Assembly (NCBI RefSeq): GCF_009914755.1
Contig: NC_060941.1
Reading direction: 5' to 3' (one strand)
DNA from: the human T2T-CHM13v2.0 reference genome, Homo sapiens
DNA: 64,000 bases
Shown here: positions 26,101-39,589 of the stretch, one piece after another
How positions within the stretch are numbered: the first letter of the stretch is position 1
Layout: the number at the start of each line of letters is the position of its first letter
Translations under genes and position numbers: made by a program
Notes under the pieces: generated by a model
What the model was told of the DNA's origin: nothing
Database searches by the model: none
Seen by the model: only the letters and a program-made list of their open reading frames with translations

Positions 26101-27443
26101 GGGCTAGAGATGTCAGAGGTGCTGGGGTGTGCCAGGCCTGGGGTACCACGAGAAGGCCAGAGCCACAGAAAGGCTTAGGGGGGCTGTGTTAGAGCCTCCG
26201 AGAAAGCTCACAGGGCAGCTGGCCTGGAGGGAGGTGCCGGCAGAGGGGCCCATTGGGAGGGGGCTGTTAGGACAACACCGAGGCTCTGACAAGGCCATGT
26301 CAGGAAAGTGGCGATGGTGGCTGGGGGTGCCCCATAAGGCTGTTGCCTACACCTGGGAATCCCAGGAACTGGCCTGGAGGTGTGAGGTCCAATTCAGACT
26401 GCCGGCTGGTCCTACAGTAGAATTGGGGTGTGGAGCTCTGGGGAGAGGTGTGAGGCTATTTTAAATAGCGTCTGGGGGTGTCGGTGAGCAGGTGGCATTG
26501 GGCGCCCTGAGCAAGGATGAGAGCAGGCAGGGAAAGGGCTGTGGAAGCTGCAGCAGTGCGGCCCTGAAGGACGGGGTCGGGAGCCCGGGGAGGAGGCTGT
26601 CTCACGTTCACCGTGACGGGAAGGAGGCCGGAGGAGAAAGCCTCATAATGTCCAAGGGGGAGAACTCAAGAGGGACAGTGTGGTCGGTTACTGTGACAAG
26701 GGGTCTCGACAGGGGAAGCACATCACCGGGGTCATCTGTGGAGCCACTGTGGCTTGGGGGGAGCAGCTCTATGCATGGTAGGAGACCCCAGACTGCAGGG
26801 TGCCTGGTGAGACCCACAGGGAGGCAGCAGGAACTGACTGAGCAGGTGGCTGTCCACACCAGGGAGCAGCAGGGGGGAGGCAAGGGAGGGACAGGGAGGG
26901 GCCTGACGGCACCATCACAGCGCAGAGCTCAGCCCTGACCGCCAGGACTCCTTTCCCTGACTGCACGCCGACCCCTCCTGATGAGGCACTTTGGGCCTGG
27001 CCCTGGTGTCTCTCCCGCGTCCCTCCAGGACGCTGCCCCATCAGAGCCTGCGCAGGGACCACAGCTGCTTAGAACACGTGGGCTGCCAGTACATGGGTTC
27101 AAGTCACAGTCAGAAGCCACAGCAGAAAATGGGAAGCATTCCTTTATTTTTCCAGGCTTTTTTTCTTATTTTATTTTAAAGAGAAAAAATGTGACAAAAT
27201 GGTGAGGATGCTGGCAGCACCAGCGTTCCCGGCCTGCACTCTCTCCTGGCCTCCCCTCGGACGTCTTCTGCAGCCCAAATCTGAACAGCAGTGAAACCGT
27301 AAACATGCCCCCCACCAGCTGCCGTGGCCTCCGCCCAGACCCTTGCTGCCCAGGCTCAGCCGGCTCCTCCTGTGCCCTGTGAAGTGGCCTCGTGTGGAAG
27401 CCCGTCCATAATGCTCAGTGGATTTCCTCTGTTCTCTCCGCAG

Positions 27444-27519
27444 GCAAGCCTGGGACCTGGCTGTTGACATCTGTCTGTCTCAGCTGCCGACGATCATCGA
27501 GGAAGGCACTGCGTTTCGG
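27444..27519 (+). CDS. RPTOR: RPTOR coding exon (exon 10), 76 nt: (W)QAWDLAVDICLSQLPTIIEEGTAFR
   Basis: Acceptor ttctctccgcag, donor CGG|gtgagt; TG+G rebuilds Trp. Confidence 0.97.
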
Positions 27520-29539
27520 GTGAGTCCCTCCAAGGGCACCCTGTGCATCCGCGGCGGCAGCCACTTCTCTGGGCACCTGGACTGCAAAGCCCCCAGACTG
27601 GGGGTGGTGCCCAGGACTCTCGGGTGTCAGATTTTGTTCACCTGCCTGGAAAAAATGTAGTTGCCAGAGTTTAAAACATCGAGTCAACCAGGGTTTAAAG
27701 TTAAACTTTGAAAGAATCAACTTTTAAAACAGTCCTATCTCAAAATTTTGCTATTACAGATCTACTTTTCTTAATGCGGACTCACTCCCTGTGAGTGGTG
27801 ATCCTGTTACACTTTCTAGCCTTTTCACCACAGACGCGTTGTGGATCTCCCCCAGGCCTCTGACTCTCAGCCCTGTGGGACAGTGACCCACGGGGGTTTT
27901 GGTGCTGAACCCTGGAGGGCGTTCTGCCCCCGGCCGCACTGCACGGGCGCTGGAGAGCTGAGCCACCCTACGGCGGAACCTGGGTTTAGTCGCCGCACCT
28001 GCAAGTGAGGGTGGCCCCGGGCCTTCGCGGCAGCTCCCTAGGACCCCCTCGTGGTTTCTTAATGAGCTTTTGCCTTACGTGAGGCGCCAAGTCTGAAAAT
28101 AGATAAATAAGACGGAGGCCCTGCCCTCCAGAAACCCGTGAGGAAAGAGGAGCCTCTCACATCTGTGCAGAATGCAAGGGAGCAATCGGCAAGAGGGCGC
28201 GGCAGACACGGGGAGGCCAGGGATGGGGGAGGCGGCAGCCTGGGCAGAGGCAGGAGGGGACCAGCATCCCCGCCTCCCGTTGGGGCCACACCTGAGACAC
28301 CACCGTGTCAGGCTCCAGAGCCACAGAGCCTAGCTTTGCCACCGAGGGCAAGTTTGGTCGTCTCCTCATTTAAGGGAGGGATTATGGTGGTATCCAACCC
28401 CAGGGGTGCTGGAAGGACAAAGGGAGTTAATGTAAGAAAAGTGCTTTGGACAGAGCCCAGCACAGGGCCCTTGGGAATTCATGTGCAGGCACTGCCCCAG
28501 AGCCAGCTGTCACTGATGTGAGGATGCCACCCTCCAGCCCAGGGCAGGGGCACCGATGGTCAGGAAGGTTCCGTCCACTGCACAGACTTTTAACTTTCAG
28601 TGCACACCACAGCCGTCAGGGAAGCTTTTAACACATGCAGTCGGGAGCCTGGGTGTGCCTGCGTGCGTGCGTGTGTACGCGTGAGTGGGTGTGCATGAGG
28701 TGTGTGTGATGTGCCTGTGTGGGGTGTTTTAACTCCTCAGATGATTTTGACATGTCCCACGGGTGGGATGACTGGGAAAACGGCCTTTTAAGAGGGCTTT
28801 CTTTTTTATAATCTTCTGTTACCCTCCCATTATTGCTTGATTTTTTTGGTAACATTTGATTGTGAAAATTTTCAAACCTACAGCAAAGTTGGAAGAAATT
28901 TACAGTGAGCACCCCATGCCCACCACTTACTTCTACCCCATCTTTGTATTCATGGGGTATTTTCAAGGGCATTGCAGACCGCCCCGCATTTTACACCGTG
29001 AGGCGGAAGCCAGCTCCCCGTCATGTGCTTGGCATCAACACTGGGCTTCTAGACAAAGGCCTTCCCTCCCTTCCTGCTGGACCACAAACCTTGGGGGCAA
29101 TGACAGGGTCTCCTGCAGAGTGGCAAACCTTCACAGACGCCAGCTGTCCACCCTCAGCCTGCCAGAGCTGCTTTCAGAGTGCCTGCGCTTTTCCGAAGAG
29201 CTCTGGGCCTGTTGCCGCAAACAGATATTTGGAAACCTTCGGGAAACTGGCCTTTCTGTACTCTGAGCGTGGCTTCACTCGGTACTTTTAAGAGATCAGA
29301 ATAATCTGCTCTTATATAAAATAATGCAGTTTCTATTTGCATGTGTGCTCTTTCTAAACGAATACTTAGGTTTCTGTGCCAGGTATCTTTGCCAAGTTTC
29401 TTTTCAAGGATTTTACTCTATCTATGCTAAACAACTAGAATCAATATTCTGCATTTGGGAATGATTTCACCATGTTGGGGTGTCAGGACAAGCCGGGGAT
29501 AACTGACGTGGACCACACACTAGGTTCCTTTTGTTTTTA

Positions 29540-32500
29540 ATCTTATTGGAGGTGTAACTTACATATAGAAAAGTGTACACATCATACACATACAGCTTGG
29601 TGAATGTTTCAAGCTGCACATACTCGTGTAATCACACCCAAATCAAGCAGCCCCATGAGCCCCCTCGGCGCCCCTCTTAGCTCCTCCCTTCCCCAGCAGT
29701 GGCCGCTTTCCTGCCCAGTTTTGTGCTTGGATGCGTGGAGTCACGCAGGGTGTAGTCTTTGTGCCTGCCCGCTGTCACTCAGCATTGTTTGAGTAAGCTC
29801 ACTCTCTCTGCACCGCAGCTCACACTCACCGCACGGCAGCTCACTCTCACCGCACGGCAGCTCACACTCACCACACGGCAGCTCACTCTCACCACACGGC
29901 AGCTCACTCTCACCGCACGGCAGCTCACATTCACCGCATGGCAGCTCACTCTCACCACACGGCAGCTCACTCTCTTTGCACCGCAGCTCACGCTCACCGC
30001 ACGGCAGCTCACTCTCACCACACGGCAGCTCACACCACGGCAGCTCACACTCACCGCACGGCAGCTCACTCTCACCGCACGGCAGCTCACACCGCACGGC
30101 AGCTCACATTCACCGCACGGCAGCTCACTCTCACACCACAGCTCACTCTCACCGCACGGCAGCTCACTCTCACCGCACGGCAGCTCACACCGCACGGCAG
30201 CTCACATTCACCGCACGGCAGCTCACTCTCACACCACAGCTCACTCTCACCACACGGCAGCTCACTCTCACCACACGGCAGCTCACACCACACGGCAGCT
30301 CACTCTCACCGCACGGCAGCTCACTCTCACCACACGGCAGCTCTCACCACACCGCAGCTCACACTCACCGCACGGCAGCTCACTCTCACCACGCCGCAGC
30401 TCACACTCACCGCACGGCAGCTCACACTCACCACACGGCAGCTCACTCTCACCACACGGCAGCTCACACTCACCACACGGCAGCTCACTCTCACCACACG
30501 GCAGCTCACTCTCTCTGCACCGCAGCTCACACTCACCGCACGGCAGCTCACATTCACCACACGGCAACTCACTCTCACCACACGGCAGCTCACTCTCTCT
30601 GCACCGCAGCTCACACTCACCGCACGGCAGCTCACTCTCACCGCACGGCAGCTCACACTCACCACACAGCAGCTCACTCTCACCGCACGGCAGCTCACTC
30701 TCACCGCACGGCAGCTCACACTCACCGCACCGCAGCTCACTCTCACCGCACGGCAGCTCACTCTCACCGCACCGCAGCTCACTCTCACCGCACGGCAGCT
30801 CACTCTCACCACACGGCACCTCACTCTCACAGCACGGCAGCTCACACTCACCGCACGGCAGCTCATTCACCGCACGGCAGCTCGCTCTCTCTGCACCGCA
30901 GCTCACACTCACCGCACGGCAGCTCACACCGCACGGCAGCTCACACTCACCACACGGCAGCTCACACTCACCACACGGCAGCTCACTCTCACCACACGGC
31001 AGCTCACACCACACGGCAGCTCACTCTCACCACACGGCAGCTCACACCACACGGCAGCTCACTCTCACCACACGGCAGCTCACTCTCACCGCACGGCAGA
31101 TCACTCTCACCGCACGGCAGCTCACTCTCACCGCACTGCAGCTCACTCTCACCGCAGGGCAGCTGACACTCACCACACGGCAGCTCACTCTCACCGCGCC
31201 GCAGCTCACACTCACCGCACAGCATCTCACTCTCACCGCACGGCAGCTCACTCTCACCACACCGCAGCTCACTCTCCCCGCACGGCAGCTCACTCTCCCC
31301 GCACAGCAGCTCACTCTCACCGCACGGCAGCTCACACTCACCGCACGGCAGCTCACTCTCACCGCACGGCAGCTCACACTCACCGCACGGCAGCTGACTC
31401 ACCGCACCGCAGCTCACTCTCACCGCACGGCAGCTCACTCTCACCGCACGGCAGCTCACACTCACCGCACGGCAGCTCACACTCACCGCACGGCAGCTCA
31501 CTCTCACCGCACCGCAGCTCACTCTCACCCCACCGCAGCTCACTCTCACCACACGGCAGCTCACTCTCACCACACGGCAGCTCACACTCACGGCGCTGCA
31601 GCTCACATTCATTGCAAGGTGGACACCATTGAGTGTCCCAACATTCATGTGTCCCTTCTAGGGCCACTGGGCATTTTCAGTTTTCAGTCCTCACTAACAG
31701 TGCTGGCTAGAGCCAGACTCTGTCACATCAGAGCCTGAGACAAAAGGGAATTCTGTGATATTGGTCCTCCCTTTGAAATGTCGATATCTTCTTCAGTATG
31801 GATTTTTGTATTAATTTTTATTTTTGTAAATATTGCACTGAAATATCATTTGTCTTGATTACTGATTTTTTTTTTTGGTACCCCACCCGCTAGCACCAAT
31901 TCTGTGCCTGAGGCCAAGGCCTCCCCTTCCTGGCTGGCCTCCCGTTCAGGGGCTGCTCCCTCCTTCACATTTCTCGGAGTGATCCTTCGGGGTCCCAGGG
32001 TTTGCCCATATTCAGCTTTAACAGATGGTGCCAGAGCACTCTGCAAAGTGGCTGAGTCAGTTTACACTCCTGCCTGCAGCATTCGAGAGTTTTAGTTGCT
32101 ATGTATTTATTTGGCTATGATGGTTCAGTATGAAAAGGTATTTCCTTAAGAGCTAATCGTGTATTTACCCGATGGTTAATAGAGCATTGTTCTATACTTG
32201 TACTGGCCATTTATGGTTCCGGCTTTTGGTATCCTGTTTTATGAAACCTTTATTTCCTCTGAGATGAGCATTCTGAGCAGACGCTACGCTCTTTGTCAGC
32301 TAGCAGCTTGTGTGTTTCCCTTTCACATCTGGACCTGCATCTGCTCACATTTCACGTCCCCCGTGAATGCTCGGCTTACTGGTGGTGTTTGCACTGAGGA
32401 CCGTGTCCGCGTGGCTCCCTCTGTTCCCTCCTTTGCACCAAGGGCCATGTTCACATGGCTGCCTCTGTTCCCTCGTTTGTCCCTTTGCTCACTTGTTCTT

Positions 32501-32845
32501 TGCACCAGGACCACACAGTTGTAATGACAAACTCTACGTGACACTTTCTAAGCTGGTAGACTAAGTCCCACAACTTCGTTTTTTTCCCCGAGTTTGCCTC
32601 AGTTACTTTTGGTCCTTTGCATTTCCATGTGAATTTTACAATCAGTGTGTTAATTTCTGCAAAGAACCTGCTGGATTTTTGTTGAGATTACAGTTAATCT
32701 ACAGATTGATTTGGGAGAAGTCACCACCTCTATAATATTGAGCCTTCTCCTCCCTCAACGTGGTTGTAAATGGTATTGTTTAAAATTTCACTTTCTGATT
32801 TTTCTCTACTAACAGTGACATAGAACCCTATAAAAATTGAGGTTT
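29540..32845 (-). mobile_element. Degenerate L1M(E) remnant, antisense, interrupted by the 21-bp VNTR
   Basis: L1M 3'-end-like ttattggaggtgtaacttacatatagaaaagtgtac at ~29543; ORF2-like cctttgcatttccatgtgaattttacaatcag...gatttgggagaag at 32610-32720. Confidence 0.65.
29795..31606. repeat. Large minisatellite, 21-bp unit GCAGCTCAC(T/A)CTCACC(G/A)CACG, roughly 85-90 copies, some shortened
   Basis: Read directly; yields heptad peptides RQLTLTA, HGSSLSP, TAAHSHR and ELPCGES. Confidence 0.98.
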
Positions 32846-32847
32846 TC

Positions 32848-32961
32848 AGAGGCTGAGGCAGGAGAATTTCTTGAACCCAGGGGCAGAGGTTGCAGTGAGC
32901 CAAGATCATGCCACTGCACTCCAGCCTGGGCAACAGAGTGAGACTCTGTCTCAAAAAAAAA
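32848..32961 (+). mobile_element. Alu right-arm fragment
   Basis: gaggctgaggcaggagaatt...gagactctgtctcaaaaaaaaa. Confidence 0.92.
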
Positions 32962-33078
32962 TTTTTTTTTTGGTTTATTGAGATAGTAGGAGAAGCCAGA
33001 ATGATTCCCCTGCAGTAGAAAGCTCGGGCTAATTGACTTTCTTAGGGGTGTTAAAGAGAACCCTTCTGCAAACTGAGC

Positions 33079-33166
33079 AGCCGTACAGGGGGATAGAATG
33101 TCCCTACAGAGCCGTACAGGGGGGTAGAATGTCCCTACAGAGCCGTACAGAGGGGTAGAATGTCCC
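33079..33166. repeat. 31-bp tandem repeat, ~2.8 copies
   Basis: agccgtacag...tagaatgtccc units start at 33079, 33110 and 33141. Confidence 0.93.
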
Positions 33167-36003
33167 CTTGGCAGTGAACTTTAAGTCCCCTCTTTAAGCA
33201 GCAAGCTTGTCGTAAGTGGCAAATGTATTGTGCCATTGTCAGGACGGAGAGTAGCCATCTCAGAATGTCCAGATGGTGAGAAAGGCGGCAGGTATGCTCA
33301 GGTTGTTGGTAGCAGAAGTCCAGCCGGACGGGCTCCACTTAGGTGTGACTTGGAGGCTCCCAGCCTCTCAGCCGGCCTTCCCATTTTCAGTCTGCTGCCC
33401 CTGTTTTTAGAATATGTCAAACTGCCTAGCACACAGGCTGGCAACAGAGCAAAACTCCTGGCATCCAAATCGCCCTGGGAGAGCCAGGTATGTGGTCCTG
33501 GCCGGGCAACCCAGACGCTCAGCCCAGCAGGACCTGTGAGCTCTCTGTCTCGCTGAATGGACTTCGCTCCCCTGCACGCAGGGGCCAGCTCAGGAGCTCT
33601 TCATGGGGTGGAGAAAATCTCAGAGATTTGGCCCAAAACATCAGCCCTGTGAATCATGGGTGGAGACACGGGCCGCTCTCGAGATGTTTTCCGGAATATC
33701 ATATAAAGTGTTGGCCACTCTTCCGCAGGCGCTTGCTCTAATTCGTCAGCCTCCCCGTGGCTTTAGGGAGCTTCACGGGCTTCACCGCGCACCTGCCAGG
33801 CAAAGGTGTGCTTTTCCTTTTTTGTCAGTTTGAGGTGAATAGTCAGGAATTTTTCTCTTTCTGCATGGAGTAGTGACTCCAGCAGTGAGGAACATGTGAA
33901 AATCCATCAGGCAAAGCTAATGTGATAGAAAGAAGAGGTGTAACTATCTGAATTACCTGACTTCTGTTCACAGACTCAAGCCTTCTCTAACTCAGGAGAA
34001 TTACGTTCTCGCGGGATGTGGAGGAGGGGGTACTTAACGAGATTTTTTTTTAACCAATTTATGAATAATTCACACTTGAAAACAGGAAAATCACTCTGGG
34101 GGCTCCAAGCCAGCTCCACAGGTTGCCCTCCAAGTGTGATTAACTTTCTGTAAGCTGGCTGCACAGGAGCACGGATTCCTACGTGGTGAATGTTCTCGGC
34201 TGACTTTTTAAGTCGGGCCACGGGGCTCTGCCCGCCAGGCTCCTCTGTGGAGGCTGCCGAGAGCGCTCCTGGACTTGGGCGCACGGAGGCACCCTGTCCT
34301 GCTCCTGGCGTTCGCCTGTCCACATGTGTCCACATTCACTGGAACCCGGGGCACAGCCGACCCCGGCCAGATGAGCGGAGGGAGGGTTCCTCCCGACCTC
34401 CTCTCAGAGACACGCACCTCCACTGCGGCCACCCACCTTCCCCCCGAGCAAAATCAAACAACGTAGGGAAGAGAGGATAGTGGATGGGAGAGAGAGGCTG
34501 GTAGTTGTTTTTTTTTTTTTCTTTAATTCTTTGTATCGGGGGCTCAGGGAAGGCAGAGCTGTGTGTTAAGTGGAAGTGACTCTCCGTGGAGGGAATCAGG
34601 CCGGACTGCTCCTGCCTGGCCGCTCAGTTCCGAGACCTTCCAACGGCAGCCTCCCCTGCAGCCTTCACGCTCTCCAGCCGCAGGCCCAGCAGCCCTGCTG
34701 CCCACCTGCTCCATGGCACCCAGGCGAATCCCCCTCCACTCTGTGCCTGCACTCACGTGGCTGGGCTAACTGGGAGCTCGGGCCCACCCGGTGTGGCCCA
34801 CGGAGAACTCGTGTCACCCCCTCGAGGGGCCCTGATGCCGCCTGACATTCTGACCCCAAGCATTTTTTTTGGTCTCCCTCACCCGCGCGCCTTCTCTGTC
34901 CAGCTGCAACCCCTCCTCCCGCCCTCACCCCAGAGAGTACCCTCGTTTCCCATTTCACTGAGGAAACAAGAAGCAGTCGCATGACCGCCTCTGCCGGGTC
35001 CTCCAGCCCTCCCCCTGCTTCTCTGCATCTGGGCCCCCTTGCTTTGCCGCCTGCCTGGTTCCCCTGGGGAGCAGCCCTGCTCTGCCAGCCCAGCCTGTGC
35101 TTCCAGTCCCATCCCCCAGCCTGCCCGAGGATGCCCTCCAGCAGCCTTTCCCCACCCTCCGTGCCCCCAGCTGGGTCTTTCTCACCAGCGTCCTGTCCCC
35201 ATTACTCCACATCTACAAAAAGCACTTCCTGACCCTACATCCCTCTCCAGCCACCACCTGTCTGTCTTGTTCCCCTTTGCAACCAAAACCAAATTCACCC
35301 TGTCTCGAAACCCCTCTGGCTGCGCTTTTGCCCAACTCCAGAGCGTTCTTGCTGCTGATCCGGGGCCCAGTCAGCTCTCCATCCTTATCTCGCCTGGCCC
35401 GGTGCTGGTTTGTGGCTCTGCCCTGGACGTTGCTCCCTGGCGTCCAGACCTTTGAGCTCTGCTTTCCCTCCACTGCCGGGCCCTCACCGGCCCCAGCGCG
35501 GCCCCAGCTCATCTCCTTGGTCTCCATAGCAGAGGCTCTGTCCTGGGCCCCTTTCCTTTCTCACTTAACTTGAAAAAGATTCACACACCATGACTCCCAA
35601 GCGTGTCCCCAGCCAGACTTTCCTGCTGATCCACACACTCACGGGGTCCCCTGCCCCCGGCATCTTCACTCCCTTGTCCAGCCACTGTCGTGAGCACCAC
35701 ATGTCCACAGCTGGTTCCCAGCACGCTCCTCTTGCGGCCCCAGCTCGGTGCCCCGGCCAAAAGCCTTGGAGTCATCCTCAGCTGCTCTCTTCTCCTGCCT
35801 GCCTCTGGTCCCTTCGTGCACCCCGCAGGCTCTCCCTCTTTGGCATGCCCAGAGCGCCCGCTTCTCAGCCGCCTGGCATCCTCGCGGCCCTGCAGGGTGG
35901 GCCCTTCGTGAAGGCTTGGATGCCCGGCAGGTGGCAGGGGTGAGCAAGACCAGGCCATCTGGGAACATGGCCCTAACAAGCACCTGTTCTGCTTGCCCCG
36001 CAG

Positions 36004-36105
36004 CACAGCCCGTTCTTCGCCGAGCAGCTGACCGCATTCCAGGTGTGGCTCACCATGGGTGTGGAGAACCGAAACCCACCCGAACAGCTGCCCATCGTCC
36101 TGCAG
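36004..36105 (+). CDS. RPTOR: RPTOR coding exon (exon 11), 102 nt: [34 protein letters not shown]
   Basis: Acceptor ttgccccgcag, donor CAG|gtgagt; phase 0-0; conserved PEQLPIVLQ motif. Confidence 0.97.
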
Positions 36106-37714
36106 GTGAGTTTCTTCAGACCGGGCCAGACAGCCGAGGTTCCTCAGGAAGGAAGCCAGATGCCTGTACAGCCCCGGGAGTGCCTTCTCTCTCCCTGAGC
36201 CCTGTGGGTCTGTGACATCCCAGCCCCTCTGCCCCGAAGATGATGGTGCATGGGCAGGTCGCATTCGGGCAAACGGATCACACAGATCCAATCAGGAGTC
36301 ACTGGGCTGATCGCACATTCATTCCTAAAGGGTTTCCTCTAAAGCCATTGATTTCCCTCCTCCACCCTCAGATAAGTGTAACTTTGGGACTGGGGAGTCA
36401 TCAGCCAGTCCATCATCCCCCTCTCCCCTGGCTACCATTTCCACTTTAGGAATTGCTGAGATTCAGCTACAGATGGGCTTTGCTTCAGAGCAGGCTCTCG
36501 ACACCACTGCCTCCTTCTCTTGGGAAGGACAGGAGATGGCAGTGAATCCGGGAGAGGAGGGAGGAGGCTCCCTGAGCGGATACTGACCGGCGAAGCGGGC
36601 AGAGCGGCTTTGTGGCCCAGCGCCGTAGGTTATGCACTGAAGCACACACAGATCCGGAAGCCGGCAGCCCTTCCCTTGCACGGGGCTGTCACAGCTGCTG
36701 TAACAAATAGGCCCTTTTGGGGCACGTCCTTCAGATGCCAGTGCCCACGGGGCCCGTGTCATGTCAGTGCTGTTCACGTGCAGACCATGACCTGTTCATG
36801 GGTTGGGAGGTCAGCATCGTGGGTCCTGCTGGCTGGTTTTTGGTCACTGAGATAGGATGGGAGGCCATGGAAATTGAGGAGTTCGTCACAGGTAGTGAAG
36901 TTAGAAAGATTCCACAGAACTTTTGTTTCGGTGAATGTGTGTTTGTGGGGAAGTGTGTGGGCTGAGTCAGAGTCAAAGGAGTTTAAAATCCACTGGTCAG
37001 TGTAGATATCAAGGTCTAAGAACTCACTTTAAAAGCTGGAAAAGTGTTTTTGTGATTGGGGTGGTGCAGTTGGACTTTGGCGAGGAGCTGTGCATGGCCG
37101 TGGGGAGGGGCTGCCCAGCAGCAGGCAGGGAATGAGCAGGCCCCGCCCTTTTTGGTTTAAAGCTGGGTGACTCCCCCCACACACAGGAAGAGCCCCACCT
37201 CCGGGTGTGGTGCTGAGTTCTGAGAGTCGGCAGAGTTGGGTCCTCGCCTTCCTAGAAAGCAGATCGGGTGGTGGTACCTCCATGGAGAGGGGCGTGAGTG
37301 GCGCCGCCCACCTGCCCTTCTTCCTTCCAGAGCTCGTGCTTTCTGGTTAGGGCCGCTCACCACACTGACAGACAGCACACCAATCTTCACTAGACCAGGT
37401 GTTCATCCCACCTCTGAGAGATCATTTAGAAAACTGGGGCCAGTTTATCTCTGTCACGGCCATGGCCTCAGCAGCCTTCCCTTCCGCCGTTCAGTCTGTG
37501 CTGCAGCAGTGGCAGCCAGCGTCGCAGGCGTGCTGTAGGACTGAGGCTTCACCTCGTTCAGGACTTTGCCCCAAGAATCTCAGCCAGAGAAAGAGGAGTT
37601 GGGAGAAGGAACAGTGCACATGGACGTGCTCAAGACAGTACCGCCGGCCTGTCCTCGCCGGCATTGTCTCAGGCGGGCAACAAAGAACCAGTGTGCCAGC
37701 CGGCTGCCCTGGTG

Positions 37715-37825
37715 TTATGATCCCAGCTCCTCAGTAGGCCAAGGCGGGGAAGGATCACTTGAGCCCAGGAGTTCAAGGCCAGCCTGAGCCACATAGGGAG
37801 ACTCCATCTCTACAAAATAAAATAA
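37715..37825 (+). mobile_element. Alu monomer fragment
   Basis: aggccaaggcggggaaggatcacttgagcccaggagttcaaggccagcctg. Confidence 0.88.
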
Positions 37826-39061
37826 CATTGTACCACATTTCACAGTATATATTTCTGCTGCTGTCAGTATATTATGACAGTTGCTTTTTGGACATTGCAA
37901 AAAGAATGCAGACGTTATTACTGTTCTTCCTGTATGTACCTAGATTCATTTAAGACTATCCTGAGATTACAGGGTGAGGTGTAAACAAATAAACCAGCTC
38001 ATGTTCAAAACCAAGAACACGCAGTGATAGCAGCAACGCAACCAAACAACATTTGACAGAAGCCCACGTTTTCCCTTCGTGCGACTGTAGAAAGGCAGCT
38101 GGCTGTGTGGCCACGGGTGACCGGGGGTGGCCACAGCGCAGGTTGCCCATGCTGGGCCCCACGGCTCCTGTTGGTCATCTGGGTTACCAGGATGTCCCTC
38201 AGGAGACACTGGCTCTCTTACTGGCCTTCCTACTATTTGAGCAATGTGATGGAGTAAAATCGGCCCTCTCCAAAGCAGGACCCGATGCCAAGCACGTTAA
38301 ATCCAGTTCTTTTGGGTCCGGCAAATAATCTTTTTGTAAATGGCCTTCTGTTGATTTCTTTCAATGTTCCCTTGGCCACCCACACTCCCTCAAGGAAGGA
38401 GAAGACGTGCTGGAGGCAGCTTTCTGATGGTGACGTATGCGAAGACAGCTCTGGTCGGAGCGTGGGGCATTTCCCACATGATTTTCCAGCAGGTGTGAGT
38501 GGCAGGTTCCTCCTCCCTCTGGAGGGTCTGTTTCCTGGCTGTGCCCAGCCGGGATCAATGGGCGGACCTCCACCTAACACAAAAGTAGGGAAAGATGAAG
38601 TGTAATGGGGTATCGGCTTCATTTGACGTACCCCCCGGGACTGGCTTCTTTCTCGTTAACTCGGCTCACTTCCCCGCGCTTTCTCTTAAAAGCCTTTATT
38701 TTTGCCAAAGCCTGGGCCCTGTTATCCTTAAATTATTCTCTAGTGCCTTGGCAAGTCAGAAAACATCACTTAAGGGAAAGGGAGTTTTCTCACTCGCTTC
38801 CGGTTTTCCGAATCCCTGCCACTTCATCCCTAAGCCAGAGGCAGTGGCTGGTGGCCCTCCAGGGTCACGCACGGTGTCTCATCAGGTCCGGCTGATTCGC
38901 AGCCCCTCCTGTAAACGTGAGCATGGAACAGGCCCTTCCTGCTTTCCAGCCTCAATATCCTCTCTGCCTTTTAAAAATATAAATCAACAGAGGAACAAGA
39001 AGGAAGATACAATGTTTAAAAAAATTGCTGTTTTGCCCAGACCCTTGATTGATGGTGTCTA

Positions 39062-39348
39062 TTTTTTTGAGATGGAGTCTCACTCTGTTGCCCAGGCTGG
39101 AGTGCAGTGGCGCGGTCTCAGCTCACTGCAACCTCTGCCTCCTGGGTTCAAGCAATTCTCTGCCTCAGCCTCCCAAGTAGCTGGGATTACAGGCACCCGC
39201 CACCATGCCCGGCTAATTTTTTGTATTTTTAGTAGTGACAAGGTTTCACCATCTTGGCCAGGCTGGTCTTGAACTCCTGACCTTGTGATCCACCCGCCTC
39301 GGCCTCCCAAAGTGCTGGGATTACAGGCGTGAACGACCGCACCCAGCC
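39062..39348 (-). mobile_element. Full-length AluS, antisense
   Basis: ttttttgagatggagtctcactctgttgcccaggctgg...gtgctgggattacaggcgtg. Confidence 0.96.
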
Positions 39349-39589
39349 CTGAACACCGTCTTCTCACGAGGAGCTCTGGACTCTCGTGGCCTGTGGGGTG
39401 CGTTTGCCCTCTGGCTTCGGCAGCTCGCCCGGAACTCAGTGCTGTGTGCCCCCAACAGGTGGCTCAGGAAGCCCAGGCAGGGGAACGAAGAGCGCCTAGG
39501 TTATGGAAGAGAGGGGAGAAAGTGACTTTTCTTCTTCTTTCTTTTTCAGGAAAAAGGTGACAGTGATATTTATGTGTTCATTTATTTAA

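Noticed and set aside
29759-31738. Long ORFs of 659, 564 and 396 aa (+) and Cys-rich ELPCGES ORFs (-)
   Set aside because: They arise from a 21-bp VNTR that lacks stops in several frames; no convincing start, splice or promoter context
35581-36291. 236-aa minus-strand ORF overlapping a RPTOR exon
   Set aside because: GC-rich antisense shadow with no recognisable protein similarity
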